From the NCBI RefSeq assembly GCF_006345805.1, contig NW_021832118.1, positions 1-34,829 of the forward strand: a stretch of DNA of 34,829 nucleotides, read 5' to 3'. The notes below the pieces were generated by a model that ran no database searches, was not told where the DNA came from, and saw only the letters and a program-made list of their open reading frames with translations. This DNA is from Octopus sinensis. Its lineage: Eukaryota. Made by a program: the position numbers and the translations under genes. Shown here in pieces: positions 1 through 12,811 of this stretch (the stretch's first letter is position 1; the number at the start of each line of letters is the position of its first letter).

Positions 1-617
1 TGTGTATGTGTTTCTGCTCCTATGTGAATGAGTACATATATATATGTGTGTGTGTGTGTGTGTATGCATGCAATGTACGTATGTAGCTTAATGAGACTTC
101 GAAACCGGAACTACGAAGCTATGTACTCTTAAATATAATAGAAATGTTGTGGAATATTATTGATTAATTCTGTACAGGTGTGTGTGTGTGTGTGTAAGTG
201 TATGTGTGTGCATGTATGTATGTGTATGGTTAGCATGTGTTACCACTAGCGTCCCACAATATGACCCAGTCATTACACTTTATATTACCATCTGTGCAGA
301 GTTTTTGTTCTTCAAATTTATTGTCGACAATTCATTTGCTTAATTCACTTGCGCCACCTTGTGCCTACTTATCTGGCAGTATCGCAAGAGCCTCACCCGA
401 AATACTATACTTTGTTAATTCACATTCTTTTTTTTATAGTTCCTAGTTCAAATCCCGACAGGACCAACTTTGCATTTCATTCTCTCGAGGTCGATAAAAT
501 AGAATACCAATCTAATACTTGGGTCGGTAAAATAAAGTACTGGGATTGAAATAATCGATTTAATTTTACATTGAAAATTGTTATCCATGAGCCAAAATAT
601 GAAATAATAATTATTAT

Positions 618-1667
618 TGAGTGAGAGAGCAGCGCATGCCATCAAAGTGACACTGCGGTACAAATATATGAAGCCCAGTATACCCGTCATGAATACCCGT
701 CTGATAAGGGTACATCAGCCACATGCATCGCAACCATATGTGCGCGACACGGTGATCTCATATTAAGATAAATAGCGCATGACCTTGCAGGTGGTTTCCT
801 GATAGAATTTTCTTCAGGTTGAGTAGCCAATCCTGCTCAATAGGTCCCTGAATAAGGGTTGTCTAAGGATGTTGAACGAAACATCCATGTTTCCAGAGGT
901 GAATTAGTCAAACTCCAAAGAATCCCTCTCAACACATGGCTATGGTGCTCCCTCAACTTCTGTCCGTGATCAGAGATGCACATATTGTCAATTATGCTCA
1001 ACAGGTTATAGTCAAACAACTGACAAGCAAATCTGTGGTATTGAGCAGGATATTTGCTGTAGCCCATCTTTTATCATCATCATCATCCTTGTTCGACCGT
1101 GGTCGAGACAATGGAATTTACCATGCTACGCCAGACTTCACGATCCATCATGGCATTACGGAGGTGCTGGATGCCTGTATCCCTGGAGAACGTGATCAGA
1201 GACAGGACCTGGCAAAGCAGGGTCTGGACCTATATCCGCAGGTATACCATTAGGTCTGGTTCCCTGGGGAAGAGGAACCCTGGTGCAGTTAATTGCAAAC
1301 TCCATAGTCTTTTCAAATGGCTAATAATGTGTGCGCGCGCCACTACTACACACATTGGAAAGCATTGTACAACCAAGTACTAAAGAAGATCTTTCCTCCT
1401 CCATGAAACAAAGCTGTTCCCGCTGGACGTCAACCCAGTATTTCTAAGCTACGGACCGAGTGATTTATTGTAAGGTTATCTCCCTAGATAGATTGCCTTC
1501 ACTACGGCTAAGGGGCCCTTTCTACCCCACTGACACAGGTTGTACTGGTTTACAGTTTACCAGTAGTAGGATCCGATGCTGCATACATCAGACCCGACAT
1601 GATAACACTTCCAAACAGTTAAGGTCAGAAGCCATGAGAGCCAGTGCCTGGTATTGCATCAAGGTGT
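618..1667 (-). mobile_element. Non-autonomous ~555-bp element flanked by (TAA)n, interrupted by a ~520-bp insertion
   Basis: 618-1076 and ~1596-1667 are the reverse complement of 30218-30772; TAA runs at both ends; no recognisable ORF or tRNA head. Confidence 0.75.
1078..1190 (-). mobile_element. RTE-clade LINE 3' fragment
   Basis: Minus strand reads SRDTGIQHLRNAMMDREVWRSMVNSIVSTTVEQG* followed by a (GAT)n tail, resembling RTE ORF C-termini. Confidence 0.6.
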
Positions 1668-1688
1668 TTATTATTATTATCATTATTT

Positions 1689-1901
1689 AAGACGTCGTAG
1701 GGTATCCAATATCGTGATGTTGTTGATTGAAGATATTGCGTCAACCGTGGGGTTTGTACTGCCTGTCAAGTAACAGCAAGGACCTCAGAGAGACAGTGAT
1801 TTATGCAATATGCATGCAGTTACAAGTAATGTCTATTTTTGCAATACACCTAGATTGGAGAGTATTTCTAAAGTTTCCAGACGTTTTTTCAGGCTGGGTG
1901 G
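1689..1901 (-). mobile_element. R4/Dong-like non-LTR element, 3' fragment
   Basis: Minus strand reads LGVLQK*TLLVTACILHKSLSL*, a decayed LQKxALLGTAxILRK terminal motif, then a short 3' UTR ending in (TAA)n. Confidence 0.6.
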
Positions 1902-1902
1902 T

Positions 1903-4072
1903 ATTATTATTATTATTGCTTTTGTATAGCTTCTAACGCTGGAGGTGTATTACTGTGCTAGCAGTTAAGTACCAGTGAACTAAGATAAAACATCTTATTT
2001 TTCGAGCACCTTCCGGAGTATTCGAGCGGTTCCAAGCAGTGCTGTTTTCTGCAAGTGCTCCACCCTTATTGCAGCCCCTATTTGTTCCATGTACCTTTCG
2101 AGATTTGTGCTCACTTTTCCCAGGGCTCCGACAATTATTGGTACTACTGCTACCTTTTTCATCGACCACAACTGCTTAACTTCCCAAGCTAACCTGTCAT
2201 CTCTCTCGACTTTTCTTTCTTCCTTATCGCATACCTTGTTGTCAACTGGGCATGCTATATCTATGTTCCAGCATAGTTTGTTTTTTTTCTCAATTAAGAC
2301 TATGTCCGGCTTCCTATTCTCTATCTCATGGTCGCACTGAATCATAAAATCCCATAGGATCTTTGTATTTCCATTTTCGACGGTGCCTTCAGGTTTTTTG
2401 TCGCACCACCTTTTTGCTCTGTCAAGTCCATACTTATTGCAAAGTGTCCAATGGACAAGCCAGGCTATATTGTCGTGACATCTCTTATATTCCCTCTAGG
2501 ATAGCGGCGTACACTGGCTGGTAATATGCCATAACGTTTGTCCACAGATTCTGCACTTAACACTTTCTGATGTGTTGTCTATTCTGTATTTTATGTAGTT
2601 TGTTCTTAGTACTTACTCTTGGTCAGCACAGATTAGAGCCTCCGGTTCCGAATTTAAATCACCTTGAGTCATCCACAGCCATCTTTTTTTTCTGTCTGTC
2701 TTATCTTCAACATCCCTATGAAATTGACCATGCATTCTTTTCTTTATTCACCTATTTTCAGTTTCATTCGTTTTCACTTTCTTGTATAGTGCTTTATATT
2801 TGCAATCTTTCCTCCTACACAAGCCTGACCTTCTTACTTATAATATCGGTTTTGTGGCATTTTTTTTTACATACCATGCTATATTGTTTTCTTCTGCTCT
2901 AATGCTGTGTTCGCATCCAATAAGTCCTCTTCCCCCTCTTTTTCTTGGTACATACAGTCTATCTGTGTCACTTTTTGGGTAGAATGACCCATATCTAGTT
3001 AGCAACTTCTTTGTCTTTCTGTCTAAGCTGTTTAGTTCGTCTACTGTCCATGCGAGTATCCCTGCTCCATATCTAAGGAGTGAAACCGCCCAAGTGTTGA
3101 TAGCTTTAATCTTATTCCGTCCGTTTACTTTCGACTTTAGAATCAGTCTCAGTCTGCGCATGTACTCCACCTTAAATTTTTCCATCATCTCTTTCTCCAT
3201 CAATTTATCCATTTCCAAAATCCCCAAGCACTTATTGCCCGTCTCTTCTATCTGCTTCACAACCTCTCCCGACGGTATCGCTAGCCCGTCCATGCATTTA
3301 ATTTTGCTTCTCTTCAAGACTAACACACCACACTTTCTCAGTCCGAACTCCATTCCGATATCAGCACTGAAGGTATACACCGTATCAACGAGGGAACGGA
3401 CTTAGGTTTCATCTTTACCATAAAGTTTGAGGTCATCCATGAATAACAAATGGTTGACATTTTGTTGGCGGCTCTTGAGTACATACCCAGCTTTGCTTTC
3501 CTCAGAATCAGTGTTAGTGGTATCGAGCACAGTACAAAAACCAGTGTGGACAGGCAGTCCCGTTGGAAGATGCCCCTCCTAATTTCTACTGTCCCTAAGC
3601 TTTTTCCATATGCTGTCAGGTCCGTCCTCCAAATCGCCATACTTTTCCCAAGCAATTGCTCAACAGTAGATGCAATACCGAATAGGTTCATACACCCTGT
3701 AATACAAGAGTGTGAGATCATATCGTACGCCTTACGATAGTCGATCCATGACATGGCTAAGTTAGTCTTCCTTCCCTTGCAGTCTCTAAGTGCAGTTTTG
3801 TCAATCAAAAGTTGATCCTTGGTAACTTTGCACTTACGCTTGCAACCCCTTTGCTCATGTGGCAGGACTCCTATTTTTCTCAGATGTTCGTACATTGAGT
3901 ATTTCAGTCAATAACTTCTACAAGCTTGTTTCATTTTCTGCCTACCAAATCTGCTCACAATGCTTTGGTCAATCTGACTCTATAGTGGAAGACATTTGCC
4001 TACTGTGCCGCAGAGTGAGTTTGAATCCGGAACCATATGGTTCGGAAACCAAATTCTTACGATACAGCCACA
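1903..4072 (-). mobile_element. 5'-truncated R4/Dong-like non-LTR retrotransposon (RT, CCHC knuckle, restriction-like endonuclease), broken by stops and frameshifts
   Basis: ORF pieces 3338-3895 ([21 protein letters not shown]), [10 protein letters not shown] near 3430, 2838-3380, CRICG..HITSQC near 2510-2560, and 1995-2345 (RKPDIVLIEK, IDIACP, LQKTALLGTARILRKVL); the 3' UTR ends in (TAA)n. Confidence 0.9.
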
Positions 4073-4257
4073 TAAGTATATAGCAATTATATATATACAA
4101 ACATATATTCATGTATACATTTATGCATGCATGCATACATACATACATACATACATACATACATACATACATACATACATACATACATACATACATACAT
4201 ACAAGCTTGTTGGTTCGTACAAGGTTGTTTGTTCGGCAACAGAAACCGCTAAGGGAT

Positions 4258-4678
4258 ACTCTTTTACTCTTTTACTTGTTTCAGTCATTTGACTGCGGCC
4301 ATGCTGGAGCACCGCTTTTAGTCGAGCAAATCGACCCGGGACTTATTCTTTGTAAGCCCAGTACTTATTCTATCGGTCTCTTTTGCCGAACCGCTAAGTA
4401 ACGGGGACGTAAACACACCAGCATCGGTTGTCAAGCAATGCTAGGAGGACAAACACAGACACACAAACATAGACACACAAACATAGACACACACATATAT
4501 ATATACATATATACGACAGGCTTCTTTCAGTTTCCGTCTACCAAATCCACTCACAAGGCATTGGTCGGCCCGGGGCTATAGCAGAAGACACTTGCCCAAG
4601 ATGCCACGCAGTGGGACTGAACCCGGAACCATGTGGTTGGTTAGCAAGCTACTTACCACACAGCCACTCCTGCGCCTA
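4258..4678 (-). mobile_element. tRNA-derived SINE, family B, full length
   Basis: Pol III A/B-box head near 4620-4675, internal (CA)n, tail gctccagcatggccgcagtcaaatgactgaaac; near-identical copy at 26118-26533. Confidence 0.85.
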
Positions 4679-4707
4679 TAAAAAGAAAAATATTATCAGC
4701 CGCCGGA

Positions 4708-4779
4708 TGCCGAAACCCGGGATTGAACCGGGGACCTTTAGATCTTCAGTTTAACGCTCTCCCAACTGATGATCTGGGC
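4708..4779 (-). pseudogene. tRNA-Phe(GAA) pseudogene
   Basis: Matches canonical eukaryotic tRNA-Phe from the D arm to the discriminator base (CTGAAGA anticodon loop, GGTTCAATCC T loop). The 5' acceptor strand is GCCCAGATCA instead of GCCGAAATAGC, and the anticodon stem has an A-C mismatch. Confidence 0.8.
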
Positions 4780-5099
4780 AAAAAGAAATATATAGTACTA
4801 GGGTCGCCTGGTAAGCCTAAAACCCTTCGAGATTGTGCTCCAGCAGAGCCGCTGTCAAATGGCTGAAACGGGTAAAAGATAAGATATAGAACTTATAAGA
4901 TAATCCTCGTTATCATTGCTATCAGCATCAGCTGTAGCGGCTTCATACATGATGGCAATAATATCCACGTCAGCAACAACAATAAGAAGAAGAATTTAAA
5001 AGAATAACGACGAAAGAGGACACCACAAACAACAACGATGACAACAAACATGATGACGACGGCTACTGAATGACAGGATCGAACGACAGCAATAATAAG

Positions 5100-5106
5100 A
5101 GCAGTA

Positions 5107-5169
<63 letters not shown>

Positions 5170-5199
5170 GTAATAGTAATAATAATAATAATAATAATA

Positions 5200-5230
<31 letters not shown>

Positions 5231-5305
5231 AATGATAATGATGATGATGATGATGATGATAATGATGATGATGATGATGATGATAATAATAATAATAATA
5301 ATATA
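5100..5305. repeat. Compound (AAT)n/(GAT)n microsatellite
   Basis: Direct inspection. Confidence 0.95.
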
Positions 5306-5464
5306 TGGATTGCCATTTAAGCAGATGTAAAACGTGGACAGTTTAATATTGATAACATTACAGCTGCCATCTTGATGACGTCAGCCATTGAACGAAAGAC
5401 GCCATTAATTTGAATTATATATCGAACAAATTTATCAGCTGACATTGTCCCATGTTTCTACGTG

Positions 5465-5554
5465 TAAATATATATGTATGTGTGAATGTATGTATATATG
5501 TATGTTTGTGTATGCATAAATGCATGTATGTATATATGTATGTATGTATGTATG

Positions 5555-5586
<32 letters not shown>

Positions 5587-5938
5587 TGTATGTATGTATG
5601 TATGTATGTATGTATGCATGTGCGTATGCATCTTTGTTGGTGTCTATATACACCTGTGGGTATTTTCGTTAGTGTGGCGGTATGTATGGATGTATGTGCA
5701 TGCGTGATGGCATGTACTTATGTATGCCTGCTTGTATGCTAATGTGTACGAATGTATGTGTGTGTATGCATGTGTGTGTGTGTGTGTGTGTTGTGTGTGT
5801 GTGTGCATGTGTGTACGCGCGCGTGTGTACCACATACATTGGTTGATTTTTGAACGAATGAATCTACTTGTGTGTGTGTGTAGTTTTATATATATACATA
5901 CAGTCCTACATACCAGCACATACATGTATATAACTCTG

Positions 5939-6011
<73 letters not shown>

Positions 6012-6039
6012 ATATATATACAACTATATACATACATAT

Positions 6040-6084
<45 letters not shown>

Positions 6085-6272
6085 AATATATGTACATAGT
6101 CAAACGTCGGATAATTGATACTGGATTTATCATTTATGTAATTTTCTATGTACACGAAAACTGTACACCCACGTACTTATGCATCGTCTTAATCAGGCAA
6201 AGACGTTCATACATATGCCTACACACACCTACATACATAAATACAGACTTGCGTATAAATATACATACAAAA

Positions 6273-6309
<37 letters not shown>

Positions 6310-6817
6310 AATACATACATATATACATACATATATATATATACACACACACATATATATGCATGTATATACATACATATATATACATAAGTGTGTGTGT
6401 GTACTAACACATACTTGGACACACAGACACACACAAACACACACACGCACACACACACACACACACACAAACACACACATAGGTACCCATACATATTGAG
6501 AAGAGCATAAAATACTCTTCAAGAAAATCAGGAATAATACTTTATATTTCGAGAGTTTCTTTCATTTTTCCATTAAACACACACACACGTGTATATACAC
6601 ATGTGCTTGTATATATAATGTGTGTGTACATATGTATGTAAGTATGTATGTATCTATGTATGCATATGTGTATGTACGTACGTCTGTACGCGCGCATGTG
6701 TGTTTATGTGCGCGTGTGTGTGTGTGTGGGGGGAATAACACGTTCGTATTTTATAATATATACGTATTTATAAATGCACATATATATTTAAATATTTACA
6801 CATGTATACACTCACAT

Positions 6818-6876
<59 letters not shown>

Positions 6877-7046
6877 AATAAATCTACGTATATATGTATG
6901 CATGTATGTAGGTATGTAATTATATTCATATATATATATATATGTATAGAGAGATGAATAAATAAATAAATGGTAAACATAGGATATTCATTCACCTATC
7001 GAAATATATATATATATATGTGTGTATATATATATATGTATATATA

Positions 7047-7085
<39 letters not shown>

Positions 7086-7170
7086 TATATATATACATAT
7101 GTATATACACATATATATGTATGTATATATATATATGTATGTGTGTATGTATGTATGTATGTATGCATAT
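5465..7170. repeat. Field of (TATG)n, (TG)n, (TA)n and (CA)n microsatellites
   Basis: Direct inspection; accounts for the YI/CV/HT-rich ORFs. Confidence 0.9.
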
Positions 7171-7904
7171 ACTTTTGCACATATCTCTTAGCTGAGAGAC
7201 CAGGCACATACTAATATAAAACATATAAAATATACTGTTGCATCGCCTTTTATATAATGTAAAGACATCGATAAAGAAAACATTCATGAATTTACATGAC
7301 CATTCAGATAATCAACATGAAGCAACCAAAATAAATACAGAATAAGAATAAATCATCATAACGTACGCCATTTTGAAAATAGCGGACGTTCAAAGATGTT
7401 AAATATAACAAATCAGAAACGAAGTGAAGGTCAACACAGAAATTGTCCACATAGCCAATGTGGAATCATGCAAGAAATGAATCTCTTATATATTAAGTAG
7501 TAAAATGTGTTAGTTTACAGTGATCTTGTGTGAAAATTTTGAAGTGAATGAATATTGTATAATGGTAGACACAGCAGCAGCACGGCAGTAATAGCAGCAG
7601 CGTTATGTGATAAAGATTAACTTTCTACAGAGCTATTTTTGGTTTTTATGCTCAAGCATTGCTGTGAAGTTAAAGAAGCTCGCTTTTACAACCAGGTGGC
7701 TTCGGGTTCAGCTTCACTGTGTGACACCTTAGTCTAGTACCTTCTCTTATTGCTTCGACCCCATTCAATGCCTTGTGAGTGAATTTGGTAGACGTTCGGA
7801 ACGCTGTGTATATATATACATGCATACATACACATACATACATACATACATACATACATACATACATACATACATACATACATACATACATACATACATA
7901 CATA

Positions 7905-8330
7905 CATAAATGTGACTGCGTGTGTACCGTTGGCGATTTTTATTCCTCTGTCTTCCCTTCTCTGGATCTTTCCTTCTCCTATGTTTCCGACGAAGAGCTC
8001 CACTCGAAACGTTAATCCCTCCTTCTTCCCTTCCTTCCTGAGCGTCCAATAATACTATATTTGTTCCACGTCCTCGCGTTGTTGTGTTTTCTCTTTGTGT
8101 TTTCATGTTTGGATTAACTTTACATACATAAATACATACATCGTTAGCTACTACACACATTTTTTTCTCTCCTTGTTTTTTTCTGTGTCCCTTTCTCTAG
8201 AAGAGCGTAGGCTCGAAGCGTAAAAGACTTGTTCTATTCCTGAGCGTTATACCAATACATCTGTTTGTTTTGTACACCACCTGTCTTCGTCTTTTGTTTT
8301 TTTTTTCGTAAACTCTCCCTATATGCATAT
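7905..8330 (+). mobile_element. Two adjacent Penelope-like terminal relics with degenerate minimal HHR motifs
   Basis: 7983-8017 gttt-CCGACGA-agagctccactc-GAAAC-GTT-aatc and 8191-8226 cttt-ctctaga-agagcgtaggctc-gaagc-gta-aaag. The second family recurs inverted at 29470-29600. Confidence 0.55.
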
Positions 8331-8349
8331 GTATATATGTATGCGTGAA

Positions 8350-8675
8350 AGCGCATGGCTTAGTGGGTTAGAGCGTAGAGCTTACGATCGTGAGGTTGTG
8401 AGTTCGATTCCCGGACCGGGATACGTGTTGTGTTCTTTGGCAAGACATTTTATTTCACGTTGCTCCAGTTAACTCATCTGTAGAAATGAGTTGCGACATC
8501 ACAGGGGCCAAGCTGTATCGGCCCCTTTGCCTTTCCCTTGGATAACATCAGTGGTGTGGAGAGAGGAGGCTGGTATGCATGGGCGACTGCTAGCCTTCCA
8601 CAAAGAATCTTGCCCTGACTTGTGCCTCGGAGGGTAACTTTCTAGCTGCAATCCCATGGTCATTCATGACCGAAA
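8350..8675 (+). mobile_element. tRNA-derived SINE, family C
   Basis: A box tggcttagtgg, B box gagttcgattccc; its 3' end recurs inverted at ~16965-17043. Confidence 0.8.
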
Positions 8676-8799
8676 CGCGTATATATATATATGTGTGTGT
8701 GTGTGCATATATTATACATACACACATGCACATACATACATACATACATACATACATACATACATACATACATGCATGCATGCATACACACACATACAC

Positions 8800-9085
8800 A
8801 TATCTGCCCTGCAGATATAAATATCTCTTTGAAAATCAAAGAAAAAGAGGATATCTATGGACAACTGCTTCGAAACCTCCAGCTTCTATATCCAAACTAT
8901 GAATTCGAATTCGTGTTCATACCAATAATAATTGGAGCACTAAGTTTTTTTATTAGTAATTGCTCAAAGGAGAATCTGAATAAACTGGGATTTTCAGAAA
9001 GAGAAATCGATCGGCTAATTCGTACATTACAAGTGTAATCTGTGAGTGGAACAGTAAAAATATGCATGACTTTTCTCAAGTTACA
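8800..9085 (+). mobile_element. CRE-like (RLE-type) non-LTR element, 3' fragment
   Basis: CPADINISLKIKEKEDIYGQLLRNLQLLYPNYEFEFVFIPIIIGAL...SVSGTVKICMTFLK resembles RLE C-termini; clade assignment is from memory. Confidence 0.6.
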
Positions 9086-9905
9086 AACGAGAATTTGTCT
9101 GTGTTAACTACATCCCAAAGATGGAGCCTTGTATCTTTGTTGGAAACCTGCTCCCTCCTCATTGGAAGATTTATAATAATTAAAGAAATAGAGGAGACAT
9201 ACATACATGTGTGTGAGTGTTTGCTTGTTCTCCCACCACCACGCCACTTGAGAACTGGTGTTGATATGCTTAGTAAGTTAGCGGTTCGGCATAAGACATC
9301 GATAGAATAAATACTGACTTAAAAACACAAGTACTAATGTCGTAGCCCGGTATTTCTTTTATCAGTTTGCTTTTCACCGAACCGATAAGTTACGGAGACG
9401 TAAACACACCAACACCGGTTGTCAAACGGTGGTGGGGCAAATACACACATACATGTATAGTAGCAATGCCCCAACATGGCTGCAATCAGACAGCTCACTT
9501 CGATATAACATTAAAACACACCTAGATACTTATCTCCCTATCTGTTTTTCTAAACATTAAAATGAACTATCTTACCATCTCTCTGTCTAAATATTTGTAT
9601 ATCAATTTGTATATTTATGAAAATCTGCCCAGCCGTATTTATTATGCGATTTCAAATATAATCCATTAACTTATTACAAAACCATAATATATACGGGAGC
9701 ACCGTCGTATAAAAAATACAATAAATACATCATAATGAATATAGTATATAAGGTAGCTTAAGTACAAATGCTTAGAGCGTTGTCTATGCAATTAATCTAT
9801 ATTAATAAAAGCGAAATTCTCTCTGTCCGTCTGGGACCTTGTGTCTCAATATGCATTTGTTCTACTTAGACACGTTATGTGTTTTTGGAAATGAGGATGA
9901 TCGTT

Positions 9906-10025
9906 AACGTGGAGGTTCCGTTAGAACAAGTTATACTGCGGTTGATACCACGAGAGAATTCAATATGAGTGTTTCTCTCATGATATCTACCGCAGTATAG
10001 TTTGTTCGAACAAATCATCTACGTT
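9906..10025. other. Imperfect inverted repeat, 53-nt arms with a 14-nt loop
   Basis: Ungapped arms 9906-9958 and 9973-10025; 42/53 Watson-Crick complementary by manual count. Confidence 0.85.
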
Positions 10026-10088
10026 TAAGTGGGGATAAATATTTGATTAAGGTAAAGACATCACAGAAGCAGAAATTATTGAATAAAA

Positions 10089-10490
10089 GGCGGCGAGCTG
10101 GCAGAAACGTTAGCACGCCGGGCGAAATGTTTAGCGGTATTTCGTCTGCCGCTACGTTCTGAGTTCAAATTCTGCCGAGGTCGACTTTGCTTTTCATCGT
10201 TTCGGGGTCGATTAAATAAGTGCCAGTTACGCACTGAGGTCGATGTAATCGACTTAATCCGTTTGTCTGTCCTTGTTTGTCCTCTCTGTGTTTAGCCCCT
10301 TCTGGGTAGTAAAGAAATAGGTATTTCATCTGCCGCTACGTTCTGAGTTCAAATTCCGCGGAGGTCGACTTTGCCTTTCAGCCTTTCGGGGTCGATAGAT
10401 TAAGCACCAGTTACGCACTGGGGTCGAGGTAATCGACTTAATCCGTTTGTCTGTCCTTGTTTAGCCCTTTGTAGGCAATAAAGAAATAAG
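10089..10490 (+). mobile_element. tRNA-derived SINE, family A, head plus duplicated body
   Basis: Head ggcggcgagctggcagaaacgttag, B box gagttcaaatt, core gcctttcatcctttcggggtcgat present twice. Decayed relatives follow at ~10500-11100. Confidence 0.85.
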
Positions 10491-11559
10491 AAACTATTGA
10501 ATATCGAACAAAATAAATCGGTTGAATCCCATTGGATTCTAAGTTCCATTCTCACCGAGGTCGACATTACCTTTCCTACTTCAGAGATCGATATTAAAAA
10601 AAAAAAAGAACCAGTTCAACATTACTGTCGATAGATTTGTCTGTTCTCGTTATCCTAAAAGCTTAATCGGTTTGTGCATACATTAAGAATCTATGTAAAA
10701 GTTTAAGGCGGCGAAACGTTCGGCATTCCAGGCAAAATGCTTAGCAACATTTCCTCCGGTTCTTTAACACGCTGATTTAAAATTTCATCGAGGTTAACTT
10801 TGCTTTTCATCCTTTTGGGGTCGTTGTAATCGATTGTCCCCTCCCACTGAAATTCCTGGCCTTGGGACAAAATTTGTTACAGAGGCAGAAACTAGAGAGT
10901 ATCGAGAACAATGAAGAAGGTACGGATTTGGTTGAACACCCCTTTGGATTGTAAATTTTATTCTCGCCGACGTCGACTTTACCTTTAATTTCCAGAGATC
11001 GATATAAAAAAATAAAGAAAATAAACCTATCAATCAAACACTGCAGTCGATAGAATCTACTATTCTCTATACCCTCAAAAATTTATTGATTTGGTGCACG
11101 TTAAAAATCGATATATAAGATTGCTCTCTCTCTCTCTCTCTCTCTCTCTTTCATTCTTTGTCACTGTCTTTCTCCTCTTCACCCGGCCAAATATGTGACT
11201 TGGTGCATAGATTAGAATTCAATATTTAGTCCAAAGTTCGACTGGCATCGTTGTTGATTTTTGCCTTTCATTCTTTTAATTTCTTTTTTTTTTAAGGTTC
11301 AATCGAATATATATACAAAGGTTTCCTAAAACCTAAACATCTTCCTTCAAAAGGGCTTTTACCAAACAGAAAATATTTCAATTCTTTTTTCTTTTTTTCG
11401 TATTTTTCACACAACACACACACACACACATACATGTATGCACTCTCTCTCTCACAAATACTCTCTCTCGTACACGCACACGCACGTGCGCACTCTCACA
11501 CTCACGTACATGCTGATATGTGCCCGAGTGAGGCCGCCTTAACAGTATTATAGGCTCCC

Positions 11560-12150
11560 GCGGAAATCAATGCACAGGACCCTACAGCATTCATTTATTG
11601 ACAGCAAGCCAGAACAGCCATAGCTCAGAATTGGGCCACTAAGTTCGTGACTCCGCCTTCCCCCTGGAAAAATCATTGCATAGAACCCTATAGAATTTAT
11701 TTATTACAACCAAGTCAGAGCATCTGTAGATCAGAAATGGGTTCCTAAATCCGTGAGGGTCTCGCGGAAATCAATGCACAGGGCCCTACAGCATTCATTT
11801 ATTGACAGCAAGCCAGAACATCCATAGATCAGAATTGGGCCACTAAGTCCGTGACCCCGCCTTCCTCCTGGAAAATCAATGCACAGGGCCCTATAGCATT
11901 TATTTATTGACAGCAAGCCAGAACATCCATAGATCAGAATTGGGCCACTAAGTCCGTGACCCCGCCTTCCTCCTGGAAAATCAATGCATAGAGTCCTATA
12001 GTATTTATTTATTACAAACCAAGTCAGAGCATCTATAGATCAGAAATGGGTTCCTAAATCCGTGAGGGTCTCGCGGAAATCAATGCACAGGGGCCTACAG
12101 CATTCATTTATTGACAGCAAGCCAGAACATCCATAGATCAGAACTGGACC
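11560..12150. repeat. Tandem array of 100-105-bp units in two variants
   Basis: Units start at 11560, 11664, 11764, 11868, 11973 and 12073. Confidence 0.9.
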
Positions 12151-12211
12151 TCTAGACCAGTGAGAACCCTGGTGTGCTAATGCCCGAAGACGATACAGCA
12201 TCTGAATATGA

Positions 12212-12811
12212 TGTGGCGAGCTGGCAGAAACGTTAGCACGCCGGGCGAAATGCGTAGCTGTATTTCGTCTGCCGTTACGTTCTGAGTTCAAATTCCGCCG
12301 AGGTCGACTTTGCCTTTCATCCTTTCGGGGTCGATAAATTAAGTACCAGTTACGCACTGGGGTCGATGTAATCGACTTAATCCCTTTGTCTGTCCTTGTT
12401 TGTCCCCTCTGTGTTTAGCCCCTTGTGGGTAGTAAAGAAATAGATATTTCGTCTGCCGTTACGTTGTGAGTTTTAATTCCGCCGAGGTCGACTTTGCCTT
12501 TCATCCTTTCGGGGTCGATAAATTAAGTACCAGTTACGCACTGGGGTCGATGTAATCGACTTAATCCCTTTGTCTGTCCTTGTTTGTCCCCTCTGTGTTT
12601 AGCCCCTTGTGGGTAGTAAAGAAATAGATATTTCGTCTGCCGTTACGTTGTGAGTTTTAATTCCGCCGAGGTCGACTTTGCCTTTCATCCTTTCGGGGTC
12701 GATAAATTAAGTACCAGTTACGCACTGGGGTCGATGTAATCGACTTAATCCCTTTGTCTGTCCTTGTTTGTCCCCTCTGTGTTTAGCCCCCTTGTGGGTA
12801 GTAAAGAAATA
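12212..12811 (+). mobile_element. SINE A with three tandem 184-bp bodies inside a 20-bp TSD
   Basis: Units start at 12261, 12445 and 12629; TSD gatacagcatctgaatatga at 12192-12211 and 12812-12831. Confidence 0.92.

Noticed and set aside
790-820. CTGAAGA...GAAA on the minus strand inside the 555-bp element
   Set aside because: The second copy near 30570 lacks both motifs, and the stems do not form.
9796-9840. Helitron-like 5' terminus
   Set aside because: No matching 3' hairpin plus CTRR end found, so it is not listed as an element.
11560-12811. Tandem arrays as CRISPR-like loci
   Set aside because: No unique spacers and a eukaryotic context; these are a minisatellite and SINE multimers.
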